Origin: Acidimicrobiales bacterium
Lineage (GTDB): Bacteria; Actinomycetota; Acidimicrobiia; Acidimicrobiales; Bog-793
Reading direction: 5' to 3'
Assembly: GCA_035534715.1 (NCBI GenBank)
Contig: DATLRJ010000138.1
Span: 37,266-101,265 of the forward strand
DNA: 64,000 nt
Below are positions 1 through 9,089 of the stretch, in pieces (position 1 is the stretch's first letter; each line of letters starts with the position of its first letter). The position numbers were made by a program, and so were the translations under genes. The notes beneath the pieces are model-generated. The model saw only the letters and a list, made by a program, of their open reading frames with translations. It was not told the DNA's origin and did no database searches.

Positions 1-257
1 ACGAGGCGCTCGAGGGCGCTCGCGGTGGTCACCGGCGCCTGGGTCGTGGAGCGTTTCGTGCCGCGAGGCGCGGGCGGCTCGGGCACGGCCGGCAGGACCT
101 CGATGCGGTAGTGGAGCTTCTGGAAGAAGCCGAAGAGCCCGCCTTTGCGGACGCACGCGGGCTCGCTGATCCGCACGCCCGTGCCGTGAACGCTCCAGGC
201 GTCGATCAGGAGCTTCTCGGGATCGGGGCCCTCAAATACCAGCGGTAGCGCTGACAC
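1..257 (-). CDS. flhF: probable FlhF (flagellar SRP-type GTPase), 5' end only; continues past the window start
   Basis: The minus-strand frame is open from GTG at 257 to position 1, overlapping the flhA stop by 26 nt. It is absent from the ORF track because it has no stop in the window. My translation is VSALPLVFEGPDPEKLLIDAWSVHGTGVRISEPACVRKGGLFGFFQKLHYRIEVLPAVPEPP. It resembles the short FlhF N-terminal region (GG-x-x-G-F-F ... EV), and flhF classically follows flhA. Confidence 0.4.
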   Translation of the reverse strand, partial: MSALPLVFEGPDPEKLLIDAWSVHGTGVRISEPACVRKGGLFGFFQKLHYRIEVLPAVPEPPAPRGTKRSTTQAPVTTASALERL

Positions 258-2304
258 CAGTCACCACTCCTATCCGTTCCAGCTGGACCTGCCGGCCGAT
301 CTCGCTCACCGACATGACGGCGAGCCGCGGGATCGCGGCCGCGAAGAGGTGGGCGAGCGCCGGGCGCAGCGCCGAGCCCACGACGAGCACGGGCTCACGT
401 CCGGCACGGCTGCCTGCGTCGTAGAGGGAGCGCACCTCGCCGACGAGCTGCTCGGTGACCTGGGGCTCGATGCCGAGCACGGTGCCCTGGTCGGTCGCTC
501 GGATGCTGTAGAGGAGGACCTGCTCGAACGCGGCGTCGACCGTCATCGCGGCGAGCTTGCCGTTGCGAGAGTGCGACGCGGTGATGAGCGGTCCGAGCGC
601 GGTGCGCGCGGCCTCGACGAGCGACTCGTGGCTCTTGTTCGGCTGCCGGGAGCGGGCGGTCACCGCCTCGACGATCCGGACGAAGTCGACGATCGGGACG
701 CCCTCGTCCACGAGCGACGCGAGGACGCGGTGGAGCTCGACGAGGGAGACCTGGGCGAGCTTCAGCTCTTCGACGGCCGCCGGGTCCGTGGCCTTCGCGG
801 CGTCGAGGAGGATCTGGACCTGCTGGACCGAGAGGAGGTCCGCGGCGTGCCGCGTCACGACCTCCGCGAGGTGGGTGATGATCGCGGACGACGGGTCGAT
901 CGGCGTGATTCCTGCGACCGCGATCGCCTGCTCGCGGGTCTCCGCGGGTATCCACTTCGCCGGGAGGCCGAACGCGGGCTCGGTCGTCGAGATCCCGCTC
1001 AAAAGGTCGATTCCCGGGCCGATCGCGAGCATCCGAGCCGGGTGGGCCTCGCCGCGAGCGACCTCGACGCCGTTCACACGGATCGCGTAGCTGTTCGGCG
1101 GCAGGTTGATGTTGTCGTGCGTCCGCACGGTCGGGATCGCGAAGCCGCGCTCGAGCGCGACCTTGCGTCGCAGGCCGCGCACGCGCTCGAGGAGGTCGCC
1201 GCCGTGCGCGGCGTCCGCGAGCGGTGTGACGTTCGCCGCGAGCTCGAGCTCGAGGCGCTCCGCGCGCATCTCGCTCGCGAGCGCTTGCGGTGTGTCGAGC
1301 ACGGGCGGTGTGACCGAGTCGAGCTCTGCGCGTGCCGCGTCGCTCGCGCGTGTCTCGGCCGCGCGGCGCGTGCGCGTGGAGAGCAGGACGAGAAGACCAC
1401 CGATGACGAAGAAGGGAAGGTGCGGAAGGCCGGGCACGACTGCGAGGAGCATCATCGCGGCGCCCGCGATCTGCAGCGCGCGTGGCTGCGCGCGGAACTG
1501 GTCGACGATGTCGTTGCCGAAGTCCGAGTCGTCTCCGGTGCTCCCGCGGGTCACGATGAGCCCGGTGGAGATCGAGAGCAGGAGCGCCGGGATCTGCGAG
1601 ACGAGCCCGTCGCCGATCGAGAGGATCGAGTAGGTGTGGATCGCCTGGGACATCGACAGGTGGTGGCCGATGACGCCGATGAGGAACCCGCCGAACAAGT
1701 TGATCACCGTGATGATCAGCGCGGCGATCGCGTCGCCGCGGACGAACTTGCTCGCGCCGTCCATGTTCCCGTAGAACTCGGACGTCTCGTCGATCTCCTT
1801 GCGCCGTCGCCGCGCCTCGGCCTCGTCGATGAGCCCCGAGTTCAGCTCGCCGTCGATCGCGAGCATCTTCGGTCCCATCGCGTCGAGCGAGAAGCGCGCG
1901 GACACCTCTGACACGCGACCCGCGCCGCTCGTCACGACGACGAACTGGATGATGATGAGGATCAGGAAGACGACGATCCCGACGACGATCTGGCCGCCGA
2001 TCACGAAGCTGCCGAAGCTCTGCACGACCGCCCCCGCGTAGCCGTGGAGCAGGACGAGCCGGGTGACGCTCACGTTGATCGCAAGCCGGAACATCGTCGC
2101 GATGAGGAGCAGCGACGGGAAGCCGGAGAAGTCGCGCGCCTTGTCGACGTGCATCGTCATGAGCAGCACGATGAGCGCGGCGGAGATGTTCACGGTGATG
2201 AGCAGGTCGAGCAGGAACGAGGGCAGCGGCACCACGAGCATCACGATGATGACGATGACCGCCGCGGGGACGCCGAAGAGGCCGATCTTCTGACCGGTCT
2301 TCAT
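232..2304 (-). CDS. flhA: flagellar type III export gate protein FlhA
   Basis: This is a 690-aa ORF. It has an N-terminal polytopic membrane domain with FHIPEP-type sequence (GAGRVSEVSARFSLDAMGPKMLAIDGELNSGLI) and a large cytoplasmic C-domain. It lies in a flagellar context. Confidence 0.95.
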   Translation of the reverse strand: MKTGQKIGLFGVPAAVIVIIVMLVVPLPSFLLDLLITVNISAALIVLLMTMHVDKARDFSGFPSLLLIATMFRLAINVSVTRLVLLHGYAGAVVQSFGSFVIGGQIVVGIVVFLILIIIQFVVVTSGAGRVSEVSARFSLDAMGPKMLAIDGELNSGLIDEAEARRRRKEIDETSEFYGNMDGASKFVRGDAIAALIITVINLFGGFLIGVIGHHLSMSQAIHTYSILSIGDGLVSQIPALLLSISTGLIVTRGSTGDDSDFGNDIVDQFRAQPRALQIAGAAMMLLAVVPGLPHLPFFVIGGLLVLLSTRTRRAAETRASDAARAELDSVTPPVLDTPQALASEMRAERLELELAANVTPLADAAHGGDLLERVRGLRRKVALERGFAIPTVRTHDNINLPPNSYAIRVNGVEVARGEAHPARMLAIGPGIDLLSGISTTEPAFGLPAKWIPAETREQAIAVAGITPIDPSSAIITHLAEVVTRHAADLLSVQQVQILLDAAKATDPAAVEELKLAQVSLVELHRVLASLVDEGVPIVDFVRIVEAVTARSRQPNKSHESLVEAARTALGPLITASHSRNGKLAAMTVDAAFEQVLLYSIRATDQGTVLGIEPQVTEQLVGEVRSLYDAGSRAGREPVLVVGSALRPALAHLFAAAIPRLAVMSVSEIGRQVQLERIGVVTGVSATAGI

Positions 2305-2404
2305 GGGCGGGTCCCGAGGGTTCGCGCGAGCGAGCGCGCCACGGACCGACTCGTGCTGTGCACGGCGGGGCTAACGGCGGGGGGGACGGCCGAGTTGAGC
2401 GGTG

Positions 2405-2429
2405 TCGGGACCCGCCCGGCAGGTCCCGA
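2405..2429 (-). terminator. stem-loop immediately after the rfbH-like stop (possible terminator or attenuator before flhA)
   Basis: The minus-sense sequence is ctcgggacc-tgccgggcg-ggtcccga, an 8-bp GC-rich stem starting 2 nt after the TAG at 2431-2433. There is no U tract. One arm also belongs to a longer inverted repeat (see findings). Confidence 0.3.
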
Positions 2430-2430
2430 G

Positions 2431-3825
2431 CTAGCGTCGGCAGAACGCCATGACGCGGTCGACCATGTAGTCGAGCTGCCGCTCCGACATCCCCGGGTAG
2501 AGGCCGATCCACAGCGAACGCTCCATGAGCCGGTCGGTCGCCGCGAGGTCGCCCACGACCCGGTAGCCCTCGCCCGTCGCGCGCATCTCGTCGAAGCACG
2601 GGTGCCTGAGGAGGTTGCCGGCGAAGAGCGCACGCGTCTGCACGCGCTCGGACTCGAGCCAGCGCGCGAGGTCCTGGCGCTCGAAGGGCGCGCCGTCGCG
2701 AACCTGAAGGAGGAAGCCGAACCAGCTCGGGTCCGCGCGCTCGGTTGCCACCGGGAGGTCGAGCACGTCGGCGACCGGCTCGAGCGCGTCGCGCAGGTAG
2801 ACGAAGTTCGCGCGGCGGGCCGCGCCGAACGCCTCGAGCTTGTCGAGCTGCGCGACCCCGATGGACGCCTGGAGGTCGGTCATCTTCAGGTTGTAGCCGA
2901 AGTGCGAATACGTGTACTTGTGGTCGTAGCCGCAGGGGAGCGTGCCGAACTGCTGGTCGAAGCGCTTCCCGCACGTGTTGTCCCGTCCGGAGCGGCAGTA
3001 GCAGTCGCGGCCCCAGTCGCGGAGCGACGCGACGATGGTGTCGAGCTCGTCGTCCGAGGTGAACACGGCTCCGCCCTCGCCCGTCGTCATGTGGTGCGCG
3101 GGGTAGAAGCTGCTCGTCGCGACGTGGCCGAACGTGCCCGTCGGGCGGGTGGAGCGCTCGAGGAGGGAGGTGTATCGCGAGCCGAGCGCGTCGCAGTTGT
3201 CCTCGAGGAGCCAGAGGTCGTGGCGTCTGCAGAAGTCGAGCACGGCGTCGACGTCGAACGGGTTGCCGAGCGTGTGCGCGAGCGAGACGGCTCGGGTCTT
3301 CGAGCTTCGTGCTGCCTCGAGCTGGAGGACGTCGACGTTTGCGGTCGTCGGCTCGACGTCGACGAACACCGGGACCGCACCGTGCTGGACGATCGGCGCG
3401 ACCGTGGTCGGGAAGCCCGCCGCCACCGTGATCACCTCGTCGCCGCGGCGGATGCGGCGCTCGCCGAGCCGCGGCGAGGTGAGCGCGGCGAACGCCACGA
3501 GGTTTGCGGACGACCCCGAGTTCACGAGCCGGCAGGAGGACACGCCGAGCGTGGCGGCGAGGCGCGCCTCGAGCACCGCCGCGTAGCGACCCTCGGTGAG
3601 CCAGAACTCGAGCGACGCACCGACGAGGTTGCGCACCTCGGCGTCGTCGTAGACACGCCCGGCGAACCGCACCGGTGTGCGACCGGGTACGAACGGCGGG
3701 CGCTCGGCGTCGACCGCGGCGACGTAGCGGGTGACTAGGCCGAGGATCTGCTCGCGAAGCTCCTGCGCGGTGGCCAGCGCGCCGGATTGCTCGTCCGTCT
3801 CGGCGAGGATCTCGGCGGTCGTCAC
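2431..3825 (-). CDS. rfbH: CDP-6-deoxy-L-threo-D-glycero-4-hexulose 3-dehydrase (E1; RfbH/DdhC/AscC-like)
   Basis: The protein is 464 aa from GTG 3825, which forms a GTGA overlap with the upstream stop. It has a DegT/DnrJ/EryC1 fold. It carries YPAHHMTTGEGG (His where aminotransferases have the PLP Lys) and CYCRSGRDNTC (C-X-C-X7-C), both hallmarks of the PMP/[2Fe-2S] enzyme E1. The 912-aa ORF-track entry is an upstream read-through. Confidence 0.88.
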   Translation of the reverse strand: MTTAEILAETDEQSGALATAQELREQILGLVTRYVAAVDAERPPFVPGRTPVRFAGRVYDDAEVRNLVGASLEFWLTEGRYAAVLEARLAATLGVSSCRLVNSGSSANLVAFAALTSPRLGERRIRRGDEVITVAAGFPTTVAPIVQHGAVPVFVDVEPTTANVDVLQLEAARSSKTRAVSLAHTLGNPFDVDAVLDFCRRHDLWLLEDNCDALGSRYTSLLERSTRPTGTFGHVATSSFYPAHHMTTGEGGAVFTSDDELDTIVASLRDWGRDCYCRSGRDNTCGKRFDQQFGTLPCGYDHKYTYSHFGYNLKMTDLQASIGVAQLDKLEAFGAARRANFVYLRDALEPVADVLDLPVATERADPSWFGFLLQVRDGAPFERQDLARWLESERVQTRALFAGNLLRHPCFDEMRATGEGYRVVGDLAATDRLMERSLWIGLYPGMSERQLDYMVDRVMAFCRR

Positions 3826-4958
3826 GTGCGCGAGCCGGCGCGCGCGTGTCCGGCGCGCGCGAGGACGTCGGGGTCCAGGTAGCGGTCGATCTGCCGTTCG
3901 ATCGCCCGCGCCGCGCGGAAACCCGTCGTGCGACGCGCGGCGTAGTACCACTCGACCGTCCAGCGCACGGCGTCGGTGAGCTCTAGCCGCGGCGTCCAGC
4001 CGAGCCGGCGGCGCGCCTTCGTGCTGTCGAGGGTGAGAACCGCCCGCTCCGGCGCGCAGCTCCGGCCCGACAGGCGGAGCTCGACGAGGTCGTCGCCGCC
4101 GAGCTCGCTCCACGACGCCTCGACGAGTGCTACGAGCTGTCCGACCGTCGCGAAGCTGCGCGGGTCCGGGCCGAAGTTCCACGCCCCGGCGGCCGCGTGC
4201 GAGCCGTCGCCGAGATGGGCGCCGAGGACGAGGTAGCCCGCGACTGCGTCGAGCACGTGCTGCCAGGGGCGCACGGCCTCGGAGTGGCGGAGCTCGAGCG
4301 GCGCGCGGGCGTCGAGCGCGCGCACGCAGTCCGGGACGATCCGCCCCGGCGCGAAGTCGCCTCCGCCGACGATGTTGCCTGCCCGTGCGGTCGCGAGCGC
4401 CGGACCGCCGTCGAAGAACGACGCGCGGTACGCGCGGGCGACGAGCTCGGCGGCGCCCTTGCTCGCGCTGTACGGGTCCTCGCCGCCGAGGTGGTCGGCC
4501 TCGAGGTGCGCGCCGTCGCGCGTCGCGTAGCACTTGTCGCTCGTCACGACGACACAGCTCGCGACGGACCCGACGCGTCGGGCGGCGTCGAGGACGTGGA
4601 CCGTGCCCATGACGTTCGTGTCGAACGTCGCGACCGGGTCGACGTACGAGGGGAGCACGAAGGCCTGTGCTGCGAGGTGGAACACGATCTCGGGCCGAAC
4701 GCGGCGGAGCACGTCTGCGACCCGGGCCGCGTCGCGCACGTCGCCGATCTCCTCGCGCGCGTACTCGCGCAGCGCGGCCGGCGCGAGCGGACCGGGCTCG
4801 GCGGCGAGCGACAGCCCCGTGACGTCGGCTCCGCAGCGGGCGAGCCAGACGGAGAGCCACGTCCCCACGAATCCGTTGTGCCCGGTCACGAGGACACGCT
4901 TGTCGCGATAGGCGTCGGCGAAGAGGTCCTCGTAGGCACGTGCCGTCGGAGCGGTCAC
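3822..4958 (-). CDS. rfbG: CDP-glucose 4,6-dehydratase (RfbG/DdhB-like)
   Basis: The protein is 378 aa from GTG 4958 (GTGA overlap). It has the Rossmann motif VLVTGHNGFVGTWL and the catalytic motif YSASK. It sits between the cytidylyltransferase and E1, as in ddh/rfb clusters. Confidence 0.88.
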   Translation of the reverse strand: MTAPTARAYEDLFADAYRDKRVLVTGHNGFVGTWLSVWLARCGADVTGLSLAAEPGPLAPAALREYAREEIGDVRDAARVADVLRRVRPEIVFHLAAQAFVLPSYVDPVATFDTNVMGTVHVLDAARRVGSVASCVVVTSDKCYATRDGAHLEADHLGGEDPYSASKGAAELVARAYRASFFDGGPALATARAGNIVGGGDFAPGRIVPDCVRALDARAPLELRHSEAVRPWQHVLDAVAGYLVLGAHLGDGSHAAAGAWNFGPDPRSFATVGQLVALVEASWSELGGDDLVELRLSGRSCAPERAVLTLDSTKARRRLGWTPRLELTDAVRWTVEWYYAARRTTGFRAARAIERQIDRYLDPDVLARAGHARAGSRT

Positions 4959-5725
4959 TCCCACACCTTCCACGGCGCCCGACCCGATGCCCACAGCTCC
5001 TCGAGCGCGGTGCGATCGCGGAGCGTGTCCATGGCGTGCCAGAAGCCGTGGTGCTGGTACGCCGACAGCTGGCCTTCGGCCGTGAGGCGCTCGAGCGGCT
5101 CGCGCTCCCACGCCGTGAGCTCGTTGTCCACGTAGCTGAGGACGTCCGGCGAGAGGACGAAGAAGCCACCGTTGATCCATGCGTCGTCGCCGGAGGGCTT
5201 CTCCTTGAATCGCGCGACGGAGCTCCCAGCGAGCTCGATCGCCCCGAAGCGGCCGGGTGGCAGGATGGCGGTGACCGTCGCCAGACGACCTTGCGCGAAG
5301 TGGAAGTCGACGACCTTGCGCACGTCGACGTCCCCGACCGAGTCGCCGTATGTCATCGCGAAGTGGTCGTCGTCCAGGTAGCGCGCGACCTTCGCGAGGC
5401 GCCCACCCGTCTGGGTCGCATCGCCTGTGTCCACGAGCGTGACCGTCCATGGCTCGACGTCGTGGCGGTGGATCTCCGCGGAGCCGGTCTTCAGGTCGAA
5501 GCTGACGTCGGAGTTGTGGAGGACGTAGTTCGAGAAGTACTCCTTGATGGCGTACCCCCGGTAGCCGCAGCAGACGACGAAGTCGTTGAAACCTGCCGCA
5601 GAGTAGATCTTCATGATGTGCCAGAGGATCGGGCGGCCCCCGATCTCGACCATCGGCTTCGGCTTCAGGTGGGTCTCCTCCGACAGCCGAGTCCCTAGGC
5701 CGCCGGCGAGGATGACGACTTTCAT
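4955..5725 (-). CDS. rfbF: glucose-1-phosphate cytidylyltransferase (RfbF/DdhA-like)
   Basis: The protein is 256 aa from ATG 5725. Its N-terminus MKVVILAGGLGTRLSEETHLKPKPMVEIGGRPILWHIM is the family signature. It is the first gene of a three-gene minus-strand operon. Confidence 0.9.
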   Translation of the reverse strand: MKVVILAGGLGTRLSEETHLKPKPMVEIGGRPILWHIMKIYSAAGFNDFVVCCGYRGYAIKEYFSNYVLHNSDVSFDLKTGSAEIHRHDVEPWTVTLVDTGDATQTGGRLAKVARYLDDDHFAMTYGDSVGDVDVRKVVDFHFAQGRLATVTAILPPGRFGAIELAGSSVARFKEKPSGDDAWINGGFFVLSPDVLSYVDNELTAWEREPLERLTAEGQLSAYQHHGFWHAMDTLRDRTALEELWASGRAPWKVWE

Positions 5726-5904
5726 CGGTGTGGCGCTCCTCCCGTGCGGGCACGCGGCGCGTTCGTGTGCACTTCCCGCGACTCGCGGGTCGTCGCGGGT
5801 CGTAACGGCGCGGGACGCGCCGACGTTGAGCGGCGGCCGCCCCGCCTGGCGACGTGCTCGGTAGGATGCCCGCCGACGCAACCCGGACCCGGGAAGGCTC
5901 CCGC

Positions 5905-6969
5905 ATGGACCGCACGAGATCGATCATCGGCGCCGACCTCGAGCGCATCGCGCGCGGCCCGATTCCGTGGGACCGTCTTGAGGGCGCGACCGTGCTCGTC
6001 ACCGGCGCGACCGGTCTCGTCGGCGCGTACCTCGTCGAGGCGCTCGTCGCGCGTCGGGCACCCGCGCACCGGCGCACGAGGGTCGTCGTGCTCGCGCGCT
6101 CGCCGTCGCGTGCCTCGGCGCGCTTTGCACACCTGGACGCGGCGCTCGTCCGGGTCGTCGAGCACCGGCTCGACGCACCGCTCGAGCTCGACGGGCGTGC
6201 GGACTACGTCGTGCACGCAGGGGCGCCCGCGCAGCCGACGGCGTTCGCCGCCGACCCCGTCGGCACCTACGTCCCGAACGTGGTCGGAACCCACCATCTG
6301 CTCGAGTGGGCCGCCGGCCGGGGCGTGGAGCGGTTCGCGTTCGTGAGCAGCGGTGCGGCAAACGGTGCCGTCCCGCTCGAGCGCGGGCCGTACGACGAGG
6401 ACGTCTACGGGCCACTGGACCCGCTCGATCCCTACGCCTGCTACGCGGAGTCGAAGCGGATGGGTGAGGCGGCCTGCATGGCATGGCACCGCCAGACCGG
6501 CTTGGACATCGTCGTCGCGCGGCTGGGCCACACCTACGGCCCGGGCCTCGCACGCTCGGACACTCGTTCGTTCGCCGAGTTCGTGTACTGCGCGGTCGAC
6601 GGCAGGGATATCGTGCTGCGGACCGCGGGTGAGGCGAGGCGGCCGTTCTGCTACCTCTCCGATGCCGTCACCGGGCTGCTCACGGTACTCGTCGCGGGTG
6701 CCTCGGGCCGCGCGTACTTCGTCGTGAACGACGCTGCGGCGTGCTCGATCCTCGAGCTCGCACAGCTCGTCGCACGGCTGTCGCCGGCACCGGGAATCTC
6801 CGTGCGCACGCTCGACACCCCCGCAGGAGATGCGAAGGGAGTCCACCCCGCCGGGGACCTCGAGCTCGCGATGCCCGTGGCGGCGCGCCTGCGTGCGCTC
6901 GGATGGGATCCGCACGTCGGGCTCGCCGAGGGCTTCGCTCGCACCGTCGACGCACACCTCGGTGCCTGA
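5905..6969 (+). CDS. NAD-dependent epimerase/dehydratase/reductase (extended SDR)
   Basis: I place the start at ATG 5905, preceded by gggaagg; the ORF track begins at 5854. The protein has TVLVTGATGLVGAYL and YAESK (YxxxK) motifs. It is divergent from rfbF, so it is a candidate 4-ketoreductase or epimerase for the CDP-sugar. Confidence 0.8.
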   Translation: MDRTRSIIGADLERIARGPIPWDRLEGATVLVTGATGLVGAYLVEALVARRAPAHRRTRVVVLARSPSRASARFAHLDAALVRVVEHRLDAPLELDGRADYVVHAGAPAQPTAFAADPVGTYVPNVVGTHHLLEWAAGRGVERFAFVSSGAANGAVPLERGPYDEDVYGPLDPLDPYACYAESKRMGEAACMAWHRQTGLDIVVARLGHTYGPGLARSDTRSFAEFVYCAVDGRDIVLRTAGEARRPFCYLSDAVTGLLTVLVAGASGRAYFVVNDAAACSILELAQLVARLSPAPGISVRTLDTPAGDAKGVHPAGDLELAMPVAARLRALGWDPHVGLAEGFARTVDAHLGA

Positions 6970-6991
6970 CCCCGAACACTGCGTTTTCTCG

Positions 6992-7015
6992 GGTGCCGCC
7001 GGCCGCGGCGGCGCC
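6992..7015 (+). terminator. GC-rich hairpin after the SDR gene
   Basis: The structure is ggtgccgccg-gccg-cggcggcgcc, a 10-bp stem with one G-U pair. It lies 23 nt after the TGA at 6967-6969. It is followed by a 180-nt spacer of visibly lower GC before the next gene. Confidence 0.35.
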
Positions 7016-7196
7016 GCGTCCTCAACTCTCCGACGGTGCGGACGTTAGGCGACCCTGTAGTCGAGCGTGGCAGAAAGCTTTGTCCCGTGGGCGCCCAACG
7101 GATGGGGCGTCGGTGTTGCGCCGTCGGATCTGGCGACATCGAGAGTGTGCAGCGTACGCGCGAGTTGGCTCGCCGCTGTGGGCAGAGGAGGATGCC

Positions 7197-9089
7197 ATGG
7201 GTCCCGATACGGCCGCCGTCGAGTCGGCCGCGCCCGTGCGGGTCGTCGACTGGATCGTCGGTGCCCTTCGGGCGCGCGGCATCGACCAGGTGTTCACCGT
7301 GACGGGCGGCGGCGCGATGCACCTCGACGACGCGGTGGGCGCGGACGAGGCGATCGACGTGGTCTGCATGCTCCACGAGCAGGCCGTCGCCATCGCGGCC
7401 GAGGCGTACACGAAGGCGTCCGGGAAGCTCGCGCTCGCGCTCGTGACCGCCGGCCCCGGAGGGACGAACGCGATCACCGGCGTCGCGGGCGCGTGGCTCG
7501 ACTCGACGCCGATGCTCGTGATCTCCGGCCAGGTGAAGCGGGCCGACCTCGTCGGCACGACCGGTGTGCGCCAGCGTGGTGTCCAGGAGCTCGACCTCGG
7601 CGCGATCGTCAATTCGATCACGAAGTACACCGCGCTCGTATGCGATCCGCTCCGGATCCGCTACCACCTCGAGCGGGCGCTCCACCTCGCGACGACTGGA
7701 CGCCCCGGACCCGTCTGGCTCGAGGTCCCGCTGGACGTCCAGGCAGCGCTCGTGAGCCCCGCCGAGCTCGTCGGCTTCGAACCGTCCGAGATCGGCGAGG
7801 CGACGACGCTCGACCGTCGCGAGGTGCGGCGCGCCGCGTCGCTCGTTCTCGACGCGCTCGCCGAGAGCGAGCGTCCGCTCCTGCTCGTGGGTGCCGGTGT
7901 GCGTCTCGCGCACGCGGAGCACGAGCTGCTCGGGCTCGTCGACGCGCTCGGGATCCCGGTGCTCACCACCTGGCCTGCGATGGGACTCGTGGGCGACGAG
8001 CACCCGTTGCACCTCGGCCGGCCGGGCCCGCTCGCGGGCCGCGGCTCGAACTTCGTGCTGCAGACCGCGGATCTCGTGCTGTGCCTCGGGGCGCGACTCG
8101 ATCTCGTGACGACCGGCTACGACCCGAAGGACTTCGCGCGCAACGCCCGGAAGTTCGTCGTCGACATCGACCCCGCGGAGCTCGCGAAGCTCGACGGGGC
8201 GATCGACACCGCGATCTGCGCGGACGCAGGCGAGTTCATCGCGGAGCTCGCCCGTGAGGCGCCGAGCCGCCCCGCGCGCGATCGCCGGCGATGGGCGGCA
8301 CGCGGTCGCGAGCTGGTCGAGGCGTACCCGATCGTGCGCGAAGAGCACCGGACCCGTGGCGGGCGCGTGTCGACGTACCACTTCGCCGACGCGCTCTCCG
8401 ATCTGCTCACCGACGACGACGTGCTCGCACCGTGCAGCTCGGGGCTCGCGATCGAGATATTCCTGCTCGCCCTGCGCCTGAGGACCGGTCAGCGGGCGAT
8501 CTTCACGACGGCGCTCGGCGCCATGGGCTACGGGCCACCGGCGGCGGTCGGCGCGTGCATCGCCTCGGGACGGCGACGCACGATCTGCGTGGACGGGGAT
8601 GGCGGGTTCCAGCTGAACGTCCAGGAGCTCGAGACGATCCGCCGCCTCGCGCTTCCCGTGAAATTGTTCGTGCTCGAGAACGGCGGGTACGCGTCGATCC
8701 GGGCGTCACAGCAGCGCTGGTTCGGGCGCCTGATCGGCGCGGACGCGTCGAGCGGCGTGACGCTCCCCCCCGTCGAGGGACTCGCGCGCGCGTACGGCCT
8801 CCCCTTCGCCCGCATCGACGGCCACGAGCTGCTCGCACCCCAGTTGCGCGCCGTGCTCGACGCTCCCGGTCCCGTCGTGTGCGAGGTTCCGTCGCCCCCG
8901 GACGAGCGGCGCGAGCCGGCGCAGGTGAGCGAGGCGCTCGCCGACGGCGGCATGCGATCGCGTCCGATCGAGGACCTCGCGCCGCTCCTGCCGAGAGACG
9001 AGCTCGCGGCGAATCTCGCGGCGTCCTACGCCGTGACGTCAGACGGACCGGCCGATGCCCGGCACGAGATCGACGAGGTGCGCAGATGA
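7197..9089 (+). CDS. thiamine-diphosphate-dependent enzyme, acetolactate-synthase/YerE-like (three-domain)
   Basis: The protein is 630 aa from ATG 7197, preceded by gaggagga. The N-domain reads FTVTGGGAMHLDDA...LHEQAVAIAAEAY...TAGPGGTNAITGVAGAWLDSTPMLVISGQ. The C-domain has a ThDP-Mg motif, VDGDGGFQLNVQELETIRRLALPVKLFVLENGGY. The 782-aa ORF-track entry is extended at its N-terminus. Confidence 0.85.
   Translation: MGPDTAAVESAAPVRVVDWIVGALRARGIDQVFTVTGGGAMHLDDAVGADEAIDVVCMLHEQAVAIAAEAYTKASGKLALALVTAGPGGTNAITGVAGAWLDSTPMLVISGQVKRADLVGTTGVRQRGVQELDLGAIVNSITKYTALVCDPLRIRYHLERALHLATTGRPGPVWLEVPLDVQAALVSPAELVGFEPSEIGEATTLDRREVRRAASLVLDALAESERPLLLVGAGVRLAHAEHELLGLVDALGIPVLTTWPAMGLVGDEHPLHLGRPGPLAGRGSNFVLQTADLVLCLGARLDLVTTGYDPKDFARNARKFVVDIDPAELAKLDGAIDTAICADAGEFIAELAREAPSRPARDRRRWAARGRELVEAYPIVREEHRTRGGRVSTYHFADALSDLLTDDDVLAPCSSGLAIEIFLLALRLRTGQRAIFTTALGAMGYGPPAAVGACIASGRRRTICVDGDGGFQLNVQELETIRRLALPVKLFVLENGGYASIRASQQRWFGRLIGADASSGVTLPPVEGLARAYGLPFARIDGHELLAPQLRAVLDAPGPVVCEVPSPPDERREPAQVSEALADGGMRSRPIEDLAPLLPRDELAANLAASYAVTSDGPADARHEIDEVRR

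Noticed and set aside
349-2974. Long ORFs overlapping flhA (349-1911 plus strand, 395-2974 minus strand, and others).
   Set aside because: These are alternative frames of the flhA locus with Arg/Pro-rich nonsense translations. The FlhA frame has the membrane and FHIPEP motifs.
2431-3825. Reading the DegT/DnrJ/EryC1-fold protein as a sugar aminotransferase, which would supply the missing amination step of a Pse/Leg-type pathway.
   Set aside because: The catalytic Lys position is His (YPAHHMTTGEGG) and a C-X-C-X7-C Fe-S motif is present. These are the E1 3-dehydrase signature, and the gene is coupled to CDP-glucose enzymes.
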